From Eledone cirrhosa (lineage: Eukaryota): 64,000 nucleotides of DNA. The notes under the pieces were generated by a model that saw only the letters and a program-made list of their open reading frames with translations, was not told where the DNA came from and did not search any database. The stretch spans positions 67,704,001-67,768,000 of the forward strand of contig OZ024744.1 of NCBI GenBank assembly GCA_964016885.1, read 5' to 3'. The position numbers and the translations under genes are program-made. Every line of letters starts with the position of its first letter. The first letter of the stretch is position 1. Below, one piece after another: positions 26,740 to 39,714 of the stretch.

Positions 26740-26990
26740 GTTCATATTGTGTGGTGACAGTCAATTTTGCAATTTACAACTGTCATATATATATATATAC
26801 AGTTGAAAAATGCAAACTTGACTGTCACCACACAATATGAACCTGAAGATTGCGAAAGCATGAAAGTACTTGTTCAATTAACACTTAACATTTAATATTC
26901 TACCATACTATTTCATTCTAATACCATTATAAATTTTAAAGGATTGTAAATAAAACGAGTAAATCAGACAAAGTTGGAATTCCTTTTATT
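26740..26990. mobile_element. Fold-back HHR element split by (TA)n
   Basis: 26740-26786 is inverted at 26799-26842; the right arm continues into a hammerhead. Confidence 0.65.
26838..26876 (+). ncRNA. Minimal type I hammerhead ribozyme motif
   Basis: TGAAC-CTGAAGA-T-TGC-GAAA-GCA-T-GAAA-GTAC-TT-GTTCA; CUU site; palindromic stem III GTAC. Confidence 0.8.
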
Positions 26991-27062
26991 AATATATATA
27001 TATGTATATATATATATATACATATATATATACATATATACATATATACATATATATATAAA

Positions 27063-27400
27063 ATGGAAAACGAAGAATTAGTGATGCATCAGAACACAAT
27101 TTATTACGTATTACAATTGTTTCCCCGGCGAACAGCTCGAGGTGTGATCTGTGTGATCTGTTCGGAGCAAATCGTCTTTCTAGACGTGTCGGAGGAACCT
27201 GCGAATCCAGAGTCTGGTTCGATCCCCAAACAGATTGCAGCTCGAGCTGTTCGCCGGGGAAACAATTGTAGTACGTAATAAATTGAGTTCCGATGCATCA
27301 CTGATTCTTCGTTTTCCATCTTATCATACTCACCGGCGTAGGAGCATAGGAGGCTCAACCGGCATACCGCCTATGGATGCATCTTAGCAACCATAAGACA
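27063..27400. mobile_element. Fold-back element with HHR 3' half and tRNA-like spacer
   Basis: Arms 27063-27141 and 27241-27319; GAAA-CAATTG-TA-GTACGT-AATAAA; spacer with B box GGTTCGATCCC 27216-27226; tail to ~27400. Confidence 0.65.
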
Positions 27401-27419
27401 TATATATATATATATGTGT

Positions 27420-27658
27420 ATGAATGAAGTAATTCCGTCGGAAAGGTCCAGGAAAAAAGAGTGCTCTATGTAGGTTACAGGGCTTATTAGTTATGTAATA
27501 AACAACATAAGATAATTATTTCATTTACCAGTGGTTTCTTGAAATCCACTGTCAATAAATACACCAGGATTTTTTCATTCTGATGACTGAAAGCAAATTT
27601 TGTTTGCTTTCAAGAAACCACTGGTAAATGAAATAATTATCTTATGTTGTTTATTACA

Positions 27659-27665
<7 letters not shown>
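27420..27665. mobile_element. Fold-back HHR element
   Basis: ~27488-27544 is inverted at ~27608-27665; tail 27420-27487; (TA)n flanks. Confidence 0.7.
27573..27633 (+). ncRNA. Type I hammerhead ribozyme motif
   Basis: TTTCATT-CTGATGA-C-TGAAAGCAAA-TTTTG-TTTGCTTTCA-A-GAAA-CCACTGG-TA-AATGAAA: 7-bp stem I, 10-bp stem II, GUA site ending 27626. Confidence 0.85.
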
Positions 27666-27695
<30 letters not shown>

Positions 27696-27773
27696 TAAAA
27701 TAATATTATTTATTATTATTACTATATATATATATATATATGAAGGCATATATATATATATGTATATATATAT

Positions 27774-27837
<64 letters not shown>

Positions 27838-27841
<4 letters not shown>

Positions 27842-28312
27842 CTATCTATCTATCTAAGGCGGGTAAAATTCCCGAGATCCATGGACGAGTTCTCTCCAGC
27901 GGTCTCTGTCCCTCATTATCGCTGCCATGTCCTGCGTCTCCAACAGACCAGTGTCTGTCCTTAGGGCATCAACATATGTTAACCTTGGTCTTCCTCTTCC
28001 AGTGTGTCCATGTAGGGGCTCCCAAAGGAGCACGGAGTGCAATGTCAACTCTGGATGTCGGTGAGCATGTCCAGCCAACCTCAGTCTCCTCTGTGTCACT
28101 TTTGAGCTGACTTTTGGGAGGCTCCCATACAGCTCTGAGTTTTTCATCCTCAGTGTATACTGATTAATGTTCAGAGCCATCCTCAGCATTCTCGTGTAGC
28201 ACCCATCCACCATCTGAGTGAGTCTCTTGGTCAGTGTCCAAGTCTCAGACCCATACAGCAGCACAGACTCCACTACAGCAATGAAGAGGCGGATTTTCAG
28301 GTCTCTACGAAG
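27838..28312 (-). mobile_element. RTE-clade LINE 3' fragment (second family, (TAGA)n tail)
   Basis: [23 protein letters not shown]...RRLRLAGH...GRGRPRLTY...DRDRWR, then a stop and (TAGA)n. Confidence 0.85.
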
Positions 28313-28316
28313 TATG

Positions 28317-28639
<323 letters not shown>

Positions 28640-28645
28640 GTGTGT

Positions 28646-29080
28646 GAAGGCACATGGCTTAGTGTTTAGAGCATTGGGCTTGCAATCGAAAGGTTGTGAG
28701 TTCAATTCTCAGACCAGGTGATTTGTTGTTTCCTTGAGCAAGACACTTTATTTCACATTGCTCCAGTTTACTCAGCTGTAGCAATGAGATGATAGGGACT
28801 GGGGTCCCTATCATTCCACTGTAAAGTGGTCGTGGAGGTGCCACGGCAAAAAAGCACCCTGCCCATAATGTAAAATGTACGTGTAAGCGCCACGGAAAAA
28901 AAGCACCCAGCACCCACTGTAAATGAGGTTGGTGTTAGGAAGGGCATCCAGCTGTGGAAATCAAGCCAAAATCAGTTCCAGTATGAGCAAGACAAGGTCA
29001 GCCGACTGGACACTACCCACAACAGGACAATCCGTCTAACCCATGCTAGCGTGGAAGAACGGACGTAAAATGATGATGAT
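28646..29080 (+). mobile_element. tRNA-derived SINE with RTE-type 3' end
   Basis: A box TGGCTTAGTGTT, B-box-like GAGTTCAATTC, central CCTTGAGCAAGACACTT, 3' ACCCATGCTAGCGTGGAAG...(GAT)n. Confidence 0.8.
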
Positions 29081-29094
29081 GTATATATTCTTCT

Positions 29095-29210
29095 AATTCT
29101 TCAAATGAAACAGTTCTAGTCCTGTAGAAGCCATTTCTATATTAAACATGTATACTCTACTATGTATTGAGTACCTTACTTACTGTGGTTACCTCCGATT
29201 GAACCCGGGT
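29095..29210 (+). mobile_element. 5'-truncated copy of the 18-kb HHR family
   Basis: TTCAAATGAAACAGTTCTAGTCCTGTAGAAGCC...GTATTGAGTACCTTAC; lacks CTGATGA. Confidence 0.7.
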
Positions 29211-29227
29211 TACACATACACACACAT

Positions 29228-29276
<49 letters not shown>

Positions 29277-29721
29277 GAATATATATAGTGTTGGTAACCT
29301 ATACAAATGAATATATATAGTGTTAAATGAATATATATAGTGTTGGTAACCTATACAATATAAGCACCCAGTACACACTGTTAAGTGGTTGGTGATATAA
29401 AAGGCATCCAGCTATAGAAAGCTTGTCAAACAAGAGATTGGGAAGACTCCTTAGGTTGGTATCAAAGATATGACAACTTCTCTGCACTCAATACAACCAC
29501 ACATAAGCAGGAAGTAGACCTGCTTGTCTGGGAGGTCAGTAGCCTCACTTCAGATCTGACTTGGTTTATGTAGAGCCATCCTACTTTTTCTAGCAGCGAA
29601 TAACAGGGAAAGCAGACATTAAATGATGATGATGATAAGGATATATCTGTATGTATATATATATATATATATTATCATCATCATCACTGATTAAAATCCA
29701 TTTTCCATGCTATGTGGGTTT

Positions 29722-30005
29722 ATAATAATAATAATAATAATATTAATGAAATTATTGTGTACAGTGCTCAGGTTCACTCACCAAAGGTGCATGTATAGTA
29801 CATAGAATAATGTGCAAATGTCAGGAAAACGAACAGTGTACGAGTCATGAAATACATGTGTGCATGTGTATGGAGGGGCGACATCAGGTGTAGTGATGGC
29901 GTATCTCAGGAAGCATGGAGGTTTTAAAGCATGCCGTGTCTCGACAGCTAACAACTGATGCAGGTAGTTTGTTCCATGCTTCAGCAACTTTGAGCGTGAA
30001 AAAAA
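29722..30005 (-). mobile_element. CR1-like LINE 3' end
   Basis: Homologous to 39715-40200; (ATT)n tail on the minus strand. Confidence 0.7.
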
Positions 30006-30063
30006 TGTTATCATCATCACCATCACTGTTTAGTGTCCATTTTTACATGCATATATATATATA

Positions 30064-30395
30064 TTTAATATAAAAATGGCTTCTACAGGACTAGAACTGT
30101 TTCATTCGAAAGAAATCATCAAGAAAGCTGGCTTCCTGATTCTAACCTTTTTAAGTTGACTCTCATAAGATGCAGGGATATGGAGACAAAATTGTAAATG
30201 GAATACATACATATAGTTAGCTGCCCAGCAGATGCCAATATAATATTAAAGATTAGCAAAAAGTCGGCTTTCTTGATGATTTCCTTCAAATGAAACAGTT
30301 CTAGTCCTGTAGAAGCCATTTCTATATTAAACATGTATACTCTGCTATGTATTGAGTACCTTACTTACTGTGGTTACCAATGATTGAACCCGAGA
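30064..30395. mobile_element. Fold-back copy of the 18-kb HHR family with two divergent C3U-variant hammerheads
   Basis: 30078-30128 (-) and 30266-30317 (+) read TTGATGA...GAAA-CAG-TTCTAGTC-CTG-TA-GAAGCC; ~135-bp spacer. Confidence 0.7.
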
Positions 30396-30400
30396 TACAT

Positions 30401-30505
<105 letters not shown>

Positions 30506-30606
30506 CATATATATATATACATATATATATAAAGTTTAAGCCCCTCTTTGGATTTTAGTGTTCACATTTATTATTATTACTATTTATATATACATATATA
30601 TATATA

Positions 30607-32382
30607 CCAGGTCATGAAGGTCACAGAAAAAGTAATAGTGCAACTAATCAGAGAGCAAATTGATCTAGATGAAATGCAGTTCGGGTTTGTGTCAGGTAAA
30701 AGTACCTAGCTAAAAGTAAACCCCTATACTTAGCTTTTGTTGACTTGGAGAAAGCCTTTGACAGAGTTCCACGCCCATTATCTGGTGGGCTCTTAGAAAA
30801 CTAGGTGTTGACGAATGGCTTGTGAGAGCTATACAAGCCATGTATAAAGAAACAGTCAGCAAGGTTAGAATTAACAACAAATATAGTGAAGAGTTTAGCG
30901 TAAAAGTTGGTGTTCATCAGGGCTCCGTCCTTAGCCCCCTCCTATTTATTATCGCCCTCCAGGCTATAAGAGAGGAGTTCAAGACCGGCTGCCCATGGGA
31001 ACTTCTATACGCAGATGATCTAACGCTCATAGCTGAATCAATGTCTGACCTAGAGAAGAAATTCCAAACATGGAAGCATGGTCTAGAATCAAAAGGCCTT
31101 AAAATTAACTTGTCTAAGACTAAAGTTCTAATATGTAGGAAGGAAAATAGGGCACTGGTCCCATCTGGGAAATGGCCATGCTCAGTGTGTAGGAAAGGAG
31201 TAGGCAGAAACTCCATTTTATGTCCCAAATGCAAAGTATAGGTGCATAAAAGATGTAGTGGGATCACAGGTAAGCTAACTAAGAATATAGATTTTATATG
31301 TGGCCGGTGCTCTATAAGAATATAGATTTTATATGTGCCAGTGCAATAAGTAGCAGCAAATGCCCACAGAATACTAGCTCATTCCATTGCCCAGATGGTT
31401 CTATAGAAATAGTGGACACCTTCCATTACCTGGGAGACAAAATCAGCAGTGGTGGAGGGTGCTCTGAAAGTACAGTAGCCAGAGTCAGAACGGGATGGAA
31501 GAAGTTCAGAGAGCTTATACCACTATTGGCCGCTAAAGGTTTCTCTCTAAAAATGAAAGGCAGGCTGTATGATGCCTGCATACGAACTGCGATGTTACAT
31601 GGCAGTGAGACATGGGCATTGTGTGCAGAGGATCTACGCAGACTGGAGAGGAACGAAGCTTGCATGCTCCATTGGATGTGTAATAGTAATATACGTGAAC
31701 GGCAAAGCATAAATGAACTAAGTAAGTAATTAGGAATAAGAGGGATCAGATGTTGTTTACTCGAGAGAAGACTACGTTGGTACGGTCACGTGATGCGCAT
31801 GAAAGACGACAGCTGTATAAAAAAAGTGCAGGGCGATCAAAATAGATGGTAGCTACGGAGTAGGCAGACGCAGAAAAACCTGGGTTGACTTGATAAATTC
31901 CGACCTCACACACACCTCTCCAAGACAATGTCTCTGGAGTGAGATCTTTGGTGCTACGTAGTAATACAGAAGACCCGCCTTGCCTAAGTACAAAGTGAAA
32001 CCTACAGTCAGTAGGAACCTCTTAATCAAAATACACCCCCGGCCCACTACCCCCACCCCACCCCCATCTACACCACCCCATTCGATGTAAGGTTATGTTG
32101 GTACCACAACATCCAGTCCTAAATAAATGAGGTCGTGTAGGTGTCACAACAAAAAAACACACAGTCCACGCTGTAAAGTGGCCGGGTAGGTAACACGGTA
32201 AAAACCTCCCAGTCCACACTGTAAACGTGGTTGGTGTTAGGAAGGGCATCCAGCCGTAGAAAACCCGCCAGACAGTCCTATACGAGCAAGACAACCAATC
32301 TTGCCTCAAGTGGGACAATTCCCATCCAGACCCATGCTAGCGAGGAAGATGGACGTTAAACGATGATGATGATGATGATGAT
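30607..32382 (+). mobile_element. RTE-clade LINE, 5'-truncated, with PHD-type finger in RT
   Basis: FVDLEKAFDRV, GVHQGSVLSPLLF, YADD, WPCSVC...CPKC, FHYLG, HGSETW; (GAT)n tail; stops and frameshifts. Confidence 0.93.
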
Positions 32383-32499
32383 ATATAAATAGTAATAATA
32401 ATAAATGTGAAGACTAAAATCCAAAGAGGGCTTAAACTTTCATTTGTTATTTTAATAAATATATATATATGTGTGTGTATCCGTGACCTGTGGTGTCAC

Positions 32500-32843
32500 A
32501 CAGTAATACAGAAAACCCGACTTCCCACGGGAACAAGCCAAAGCTGAAGCATATAGACAATATGCCCCACCCCCTCCCACTGCAAAGGGGTCGTGGAGGT
32601 GCCACGACAAAAAAGCACCCAGCCCACACTGTAAAGTGGACGTGTAGGCGCCACGGAACAAAAGCATCCATCCAGCACTCACTGTAAATGAGTTTGGTGT
32701 TAGGAAGGGCATCCAGCTGTAGAAATCAAGCCAAAATCAGTTCCTGTATGAGCAAGACAAGGTCGCCCGACTGGGCACTGCCCACAACAGGACAACCCAT
32801 CTAACCCATGCTAACATGGAAGAATGGATGTAAAACGGTCATG
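32500..32843 (+). mobile_element. RTE-type 3' UTR fragment
   Basis: CAGTAATACAGAAAACCCG...GGTGTTAGGAAGGGCATCCAGC...ACCCATGCTAACATGGAAG...(GAT)n. Confidence 0.7.
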
Positions 32844-33679
32844 ATGATGATGATGATGATGATATATATCATCATCATCAACTTCATCGTTTTTACATCA
32901 ACATTTCCATGCTGACATGAGTTTGACTGACATTTTTGAGGCAATGTTTTATAGCTGGATGCCATGTATGTGTGTTCTGGTTTTATAATTTTACAAATTT
33001 TTGCCAACAGAGAGAGAGTCGGTTTCTAACATAGATACAAGACTCTCCCATTGGAATTTACACAACATCAACTAGGTAAATATGTATGTATGTTTGCATG
33101 CATGTGTGTGTAGATATGAATGTTATTGTATGTGTGGATGTGTATGTTTTGAGTTAAATGTGCATATGTTTTGTCTCTGTACTTGTGTACATATAGTTAT
33201 TACGTGCAGAAATTTTGGAATGTTTTACATATTTTTACTGTTCCATTAATGGATTGTACTTGTATATGTATATATGGATGTATGTATGTATACAATTGTG
33301 TCTCCATAACCCTGCATCTTATGAGAGTCAACTTAAAAAGGTTAGAATCAGGAAGTGCATCCAGCTGTAAAATTTTGCCACAGTAAATACCCTATGTTGG
33401 TTATGGACCTTGTCAAGGGAATCAAAAGCCTAACCCCTGATTTAGTATGGAAAATTGCCTTACGTTTGTTGTTGTGTATGTGTGTGAATGTGTGTGTATA
33501 TATATGTATATATATATAGAAAGAGAGGGGGAGCAGAAGAGAGAGAGGGGAGAGAGAGAAAGACACGAGATCACTCCTCGGTTCACTTCTATTTATCATT
33601 GTTCTGGGAGATTGCCTTGAAATATTTGTTGCATTTGTGTGTGGTGCATGTATATATATATATACACATATGCACATAG

Positions 33680-34245
33680 CAGGGCTCAGTCCTCAGTTCA
33701 CTTCTTTTTCTTATTATTCTCCAGGTCATAATAGAGAAGTTTAAAACTGATATTCCATGGGCATTCTTATATGCTGATGATATTGTCCTTATACCTGAAT
33801 CAGTGGAAGAATTTAAGGTGAAATTTCAAGTAAACTTAGCAAAAAACTAAAGTCCTGATAAATAGGAGAGAAGAGAGAAACTTGATACAGTGGGGGCAGT
33901 GGTGATGTTTGATATGTCAAAAAGTAGTGGGCAGAAATTTCTTAATATACACACAGTGTAATTTATGAATGAACAAAGGACATAGTGGGATCACTGGTAG
34001 GTATAACAGATAAAATATACTTTGTATGCTGCAGGTAGACAGGAGATGTAAGCACCATACGCATACATGAAATAGATTGCCTCAATTGCCCACGAGGTTC
34101 TCCAGAAGTTGTTGATAGCTTTAGTTACCTAGGGGTCTAAGCAGTAATGGAAGAGGATGATCTGAATGTGTGGTCACCGGAGTAAAAACAGATTGAAAGA
34201 AGTTTAGGGAGCTAGTATCTAGCTTGATAATAAAAGGCTCTATTC
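33680..34245 (+). mobile_element. Old degenerate RTE RT fragment
   Basis: QGSVLS.LLF, PWAFLYADD and FSYLG remnants at the DNA level. Confidence 0.65.
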
Positions 34246-34675
34246 TACCCTTTTTAACCCTATCCCCTATTCCCTTCACTCACACTACATCCCATGGCAT
34301 TGAGCAGGCCCTTCAGTTGAGTCTATGACTGACAACCTCTTTAGTGCTGTTGCAAGAAAAATACACTCTGTACACTCTGTAGCTTGACTGGAAATATTTG
34401 TCTTGTATAATATATTAACTGTAATAGTCTGATCACTTCTCCTGGTGAAGAGATTTATCTGTTTATCTTCTTGTTTTTTCTATTGTATATAGTTTATCAT
34501 ATACAATATATAGTTTGTGTATGTACCTGTTGAACTACCTGTCAACTTAACACATCTCTCACTTTCCTGTTTACATTTACTTGTCTCTCTTTTTATCAAC
34601 ATCACTATTTTAGTATTGATCTGTTTGTTTCTCAATCTCCCACTCTCTCTCATTCACTGGCATGTTATTTTCTTT

Positions 34676-34755
<80 letters not shown>

Positions 34756-34873
34756 CCCATGCTACCACCGTCTAACCCATGCTAGCATGGAAGAATGGAC
34801 GTAAAATGGTGATGATGATGATGATGATATATATATATATATATGTATGTATGTATGTGTATATATATATATA

Positions 34874-35213
34874 TGGAGGCACATGGCTTAGTAGTTAGAG
34901 CATTGGCCTTGTGATCAAAGGGTTGTGAGTTCAATTCTCAGACCAGGTGATGTGTTGTTTCCTTGAGCAAGACACTTTATTTCACATTGCTCCAGTTTAC
35001 TCAGCTGTAAAAATGTGATGATAGGACTGGGGTCCATATCATTCCACTGCAAAGTGGTTGTGGAGGTGCCACGGCAAAAAAGCACCCAGCACTCACTGTA
35101 AATGAGATTGGTATTAGGAAGGGCATCCAGCTGTAGAAATCAAGCCAGAATCAGTTCCCGTCTCACCCTTGCAAGCAGGGAAAAAGCGGATGTAAAATGA
35201 TGATGATGATGAT
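34874..35213 (+). mobile_element. tRNA-derived SINE with (GAT)n tail
   Basis: Same family as 28646-29080. Confidence 0.8.
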
Positions 35214-35507
35214 GCATATATCTATACATATATATATATATAGAGAGAGAGAGAGCTATATATATAGAGAGCTATATAAAGAATTGTTTTAACGGCTTGT
35301 AACTCCTTCATTTGGTTATTCCTGCTCTGCTTAAACCATACGCTAAATATTAACTTCTTCTAATATTTAAACCTGCTAACCCAAGCATCGAGTGCACCAT
35401 GCTTCGGCTTTTGGCATTTAGTATTCTGTATCGCACCTCTTTGTACCTCTCTGCTTCATCCTCTCTTACGATACCTTAACCCTATTATTATATATATATA
35501 TATGTAT

Positions 35508-35846
35508 ATCATCATCATCATCATTTTACGTCCACCTTTCTCTGCTTGCAAGGGTGGGACGGGAACTGATTCTGGCTTGATTTCTACAGCTGGATGCCCT
35601 TCCTAACACCAACCTCATTTACAGTGAGTGCTGGGTGCTTTTTTGCTGTGGCGCCTCCACGACCACTTTACAGTGGAATGATATGGACCCCAGTCCTATC
35701 ATCTCATTTCTACAGCTGAGTAAACTGGAGCAATGTGAAATAAAGTGTCTTGCTCAAGGAAACAACACATCACCTGGTCTGAGAATTGAACTCACAACGT
35801 TTCGGCTGCAAGACCAATGCTCTAACCATTAAGCCATATGCCTCCA
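35508..35846 (-). mobile_element. tRNA-derived SINE with (GAT)n tail, inverted
   Basis: Near reverse complement of 34874-35213. Confidence 0.8.
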
Positions 35847-35859
35847 TATATATATATAT

Positions 35860-36656
35860 ATCATCATCATCATCATTTAACGTCTATCTTCCACGCTAGC
35901 ATGAGTTTAGACGGGAATTGTCCCACTTGAGGCAAGATTGGTTGTCTCGTATAGGACTGTCTGGCAGGTTTTCTACAGCTGGATGCCCTTCCTAACACCA
36001 ACCACGTTTACAGTGTGGACTGGGAGGTTTTTACCGTGTTACCTACCCGGCCACACTACAGTGTGGACTGTGTGCTTTTTTGTCGTGACACCTACATGAC
36101 CTCATTTATTTAGGACTGGATGTTGTGGTACCAACATAACTTTACAGAGAAAGGGGTGGTGTAGATGGGGGTAGGGTTAGTGGTATGGGGGTGTATTTTT
36201 GACTGTAGGTTTCACTTTATACTAAGGCAAGGCGGGTCTTCTATATTACTGTGTAACGCCAAAGATATCGGTCCAGTGACATTGTTTTGGAGAGGTGTGT
36301 GTAAGGTCAGAATTTATCAAATGGTCCCAGGTTTTTCTGGGTCTGCCTACTCTATAACTTCCATCAATTTTGATCGCCCTGCACTTTTTTATACAGCTGT
36401 CGTCTTTCATGCGCATCACGTGACCATACCAACGTAGTCTTCTCTCGAGTAAACAGCATCTGATCCCTCTTATTCCTAATTTCTTACTTAGTTTATTTAT
36501 GCTTTGCTGTTCACGTATATTACTATTACACATCCAACGGGGCATGCAAGCTTCGTTCCACTCCAGTCTGCGCAGATCCTCTGCCCACAATGCCCATGTC
36601 TCACTGCCATGTAACATTGCTGTTCGTATGCAGGCATCATACAGTCTGCCTTTCAT
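35860..36656 (-). mobile_element. RTE-clade LINE 3' fragment
   Basis: MKGRLYDACIRTAMLHGSETW...RRLRWYGHVMRM...GRPRKTW; (ATC)n on the plus strand. Confidence 0.9.
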
Positions 36657-36657
36657 T

Positions 36658-36688
<31 letters not shown>

Positions 36689-36689
36689 A

Positions 36690-38825
36690 TTATCATCATC
36701 AGCAATAGCAGCACCATTTAATCTCTATTTTTCTATGCGTGTATGGGTTAGACAGGTCAGGTGGCCAACGTCTTGTTCATATGGATCTGTATTTTGGCAT
36801 GATTTCTACGGCTTGATGCCCTTCCTAACTCCAATCATCTGATAGAGTGTACTTGGTGCTTTTTATCATGTCACCAGCATAACCAACTTACAAGGTGGGC
36901 AGAGTATTTTTGGTGTTATGGCACAAGATGAGCATACAGAGTAAACTTAGTGCTTTTTGTCATGGCAACAGCATTGTGGGAAATTAGATGCAGAGCATGT
37001 CCTGCTTTCATGTTTGTATGTGTGGGTTGGGCAAGCAAAGTGTATCAGGGATGAGGGTTTGGTAAGAAGAGGACAAGTAAGCAAGTTTGATATGGATGAG
37101 GTCGATAGAATATTTAGCTGGAAGAGAAGATTGGTGCAGACTAGTGTGTCCTTTGTTTCATTCTGTGCACATGGGAAGGTTGGTCTTCTGTAAAACACCA
37201 TGATGCCAGAGAACTCAGTCCTGTGTCATCTCCTTTGTGAGATTTATTTGGGCAAGGTCAGCATTTAATACTTCATCCCAAGCTTCACTAGACCTTCCTC
37301 TTCTATAGTTTCTATCAATTTTGAATGCTCTGCACTTTTATATGCAGCTGTTATCATCCATATGCAACATATGTCCATATCACTGCAATCTCCTCTCCTG
37401 CACATTGCATCTGACCCCTCTTATGTCCAGGTTCTCTCACAGTTCATTGATGCTTTTCTGTTTATGCTCACTACTATTACACATCCATTGGAGCATTGCA
37501 AGCTTCATTTCTTTCCAATCTTTGTAGGTCCTGGTCACACAGTGTCCAGGTTACACTTCCATGCAGCATTGTTGTTTGTACACAAGCGTCATACAATCTG
37601 TCTTTCATTTTAAAGGAAAACCTTTTTGTAGCTAGCAGTGGTAGAACTTTTTCCATCCTGTTCTCACTCTGGCTATTGTATTTTCAGAACACCCACCTTC
37701 ATTGCTTATTTGGTCTCCCAGATAACAAAAGTTATTAACTACAACAATGGAGCCCTCTGGGCATTTAAAGAAGCTTGTTTCCCATGAGCTCCTGCTACTT
37801 ACTGTTCCTGTACATCAACCACATACAAAACCTACATTCTGTGCTAACCTATTCTGTGATAGCCTACCTGAGGTGCCACTACATTTCTTGTGTGACCATA
37901 GTTTGCATTTGGGACATAGGATGAAATTACTACCCACCCCTTTCCTGCACACTGAGCAAGGCCATTTCCCTGAAGAGATCAGGATCTTGTTTTCCTTTCT
38001 ACTTACTATTACTTTAATCTTTGCTAAGTTGACTTTAAGACATTTTGCTTGGTTTGGAATTTCTTCTCTAATTCTGCCACAGATTCAGCTGTAGGGGTTA
38101 GATCATCTGCAAATAGGAGTTCCCATGGTCAGCCAGTCTTAAACTCTTTTGTTTTTGCCTGCAAGGTGTTAATAAACAGGAGACAGCTAAGAACAGAGCC
38201 CTGGTGGAGCCCTACTTGCATGCTAAATTCTGCACTATAATCATTGTTAATTCTAAGCTGTTGATTATTCCTCTGTACATGTCTTGTACCACCTTCACAA
38301 GCTAATCATTTATGTTTAATTTTTTAAGAGCCTACCAAATTATGGAATGAGGGACTCTGTCAGTTGCTCTTTCAAGGTCAATAAATGCCAAGTAAGGGGG
38401 ATTACGTTTAGCTAGATACCTCTCTTTCAGTTGCCTCACAAGGAATCGCACATCAATGGTACTTTTACCTGGCACAAATTCAAATCTCATCTATGTTAAC
38501 TTGGTCCCTAATCAACTGTGCGATAACTCTTTCTGCGGCCTACATGACCTGGTCCATCAACTTGATGTCTATATAGTTTTCTCTGTCTAATGCATCTCAT
38601 TTACCCTTGTAGCAGTTGACAATGATGCTGCTATGCAAGTCATTTGGTATGATGCCATTTTGTATTATTTGGTTTACAATACATGTGGTTAAGCTGTAAC
38701 CCACCATCCCTGCATCTCAGCAACTATCCCTAATGGATCAGCTGCTTTGCCTGTCTTCATATCCTTAATTGCCTTACTTACTTACACTGCTGCTGACTTA
38801 TATGGCTCGACCCTCTGTTACATGT
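36690..38825 (-). mobile_element. Older, highly degenerate RTE-clade LINE
   Basis: Minus-strand remnants of KAADP.G, DLE.A.DRVP, HQGSVLS.LLF, PWELLFADD, WPCSVCRKGVG and an RTE-like 3' end. Confidence 0.75.
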
Positions 38826-39249
38826 TAGTTTGGGACACAAACTAAAATGTATCATACAACATTTTTCTTTTCATAGTTTTAATAGTATAATGTATATTCT
38901 TTTTAATTTAATGAAACTACACAATAGCAAAGTTTACATTTTCCCACAAACAAGTATGTTGACAATATAGATAGCTTGAAATTGCAAACACAAATACCAT
39001 AGCTGCTGTCAAAAATTAACATATACACACATATATCTCTATTACTTAATTACATAGATATTTCATATGAAAGTATAGAATCACATTGAAAGAAAATATT
39101 AAGTCAACACTAAGTACATCAATTAGTCACACACGACAATCAGTACCAGAGTCTCCCTGCAATACTGTAATACTGTTTGTGGCAAGCCAACACACTGGCA
39201 GCATTACAATGTAATAGACTCATTAATAATGTGGAATGTTACAAGTGTG

Positions 39250-39540
39250 GAGGTGTGTGGCCTAGTGGCAAGGATGTTGAACTTACAATCATAATGTCAT
39301 GGGTTCAATTCCTGGGTTGGGTTGCGTGTTGTGTTCTTAAGCAAAACACTTCATTCTATATTGCTCCAGTATATACTCAGCTGAAAATGAGTACCAGCAA
39401 TAGCTGGGGGTTTAACCCTGTGATGGACAGATGTCCTGTTCAGTGGGGAGTCTTGTACTCTCAGTTGCTTCACACCATGAAACCAAGATAAGTACCAGCC
39501 TAACGAGCCTTAAATGGCTGAAGACAGACTTTAGACTTTA
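39250..39540 (+). mobile_element. tRNA-derived SINE with 16-bp target-site duplication
   Basis: A box TGGCCTAGTGG, B box GGTTCAATTCC; GAATGTTACAAGTGTG at 39234-39249 and 39541-39556; tail AGACTTTAGACTTTA. Confidence 0.85.
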
Positions 39541-39714
39541 GAATGTTACAAGTGTGTTCTACATACTGTCACAATCATCATGGGGACAAAACAGACGTAT
39601 ATACAGGAATAGTGTAACAGTAAGATGGAAACCAACTTAACAACACAATCTGTGTAACTACACATGCTTGTAACCAACCCTGAATCAACCATTAAGCAAA
39701 AGAGACACTTTTTA

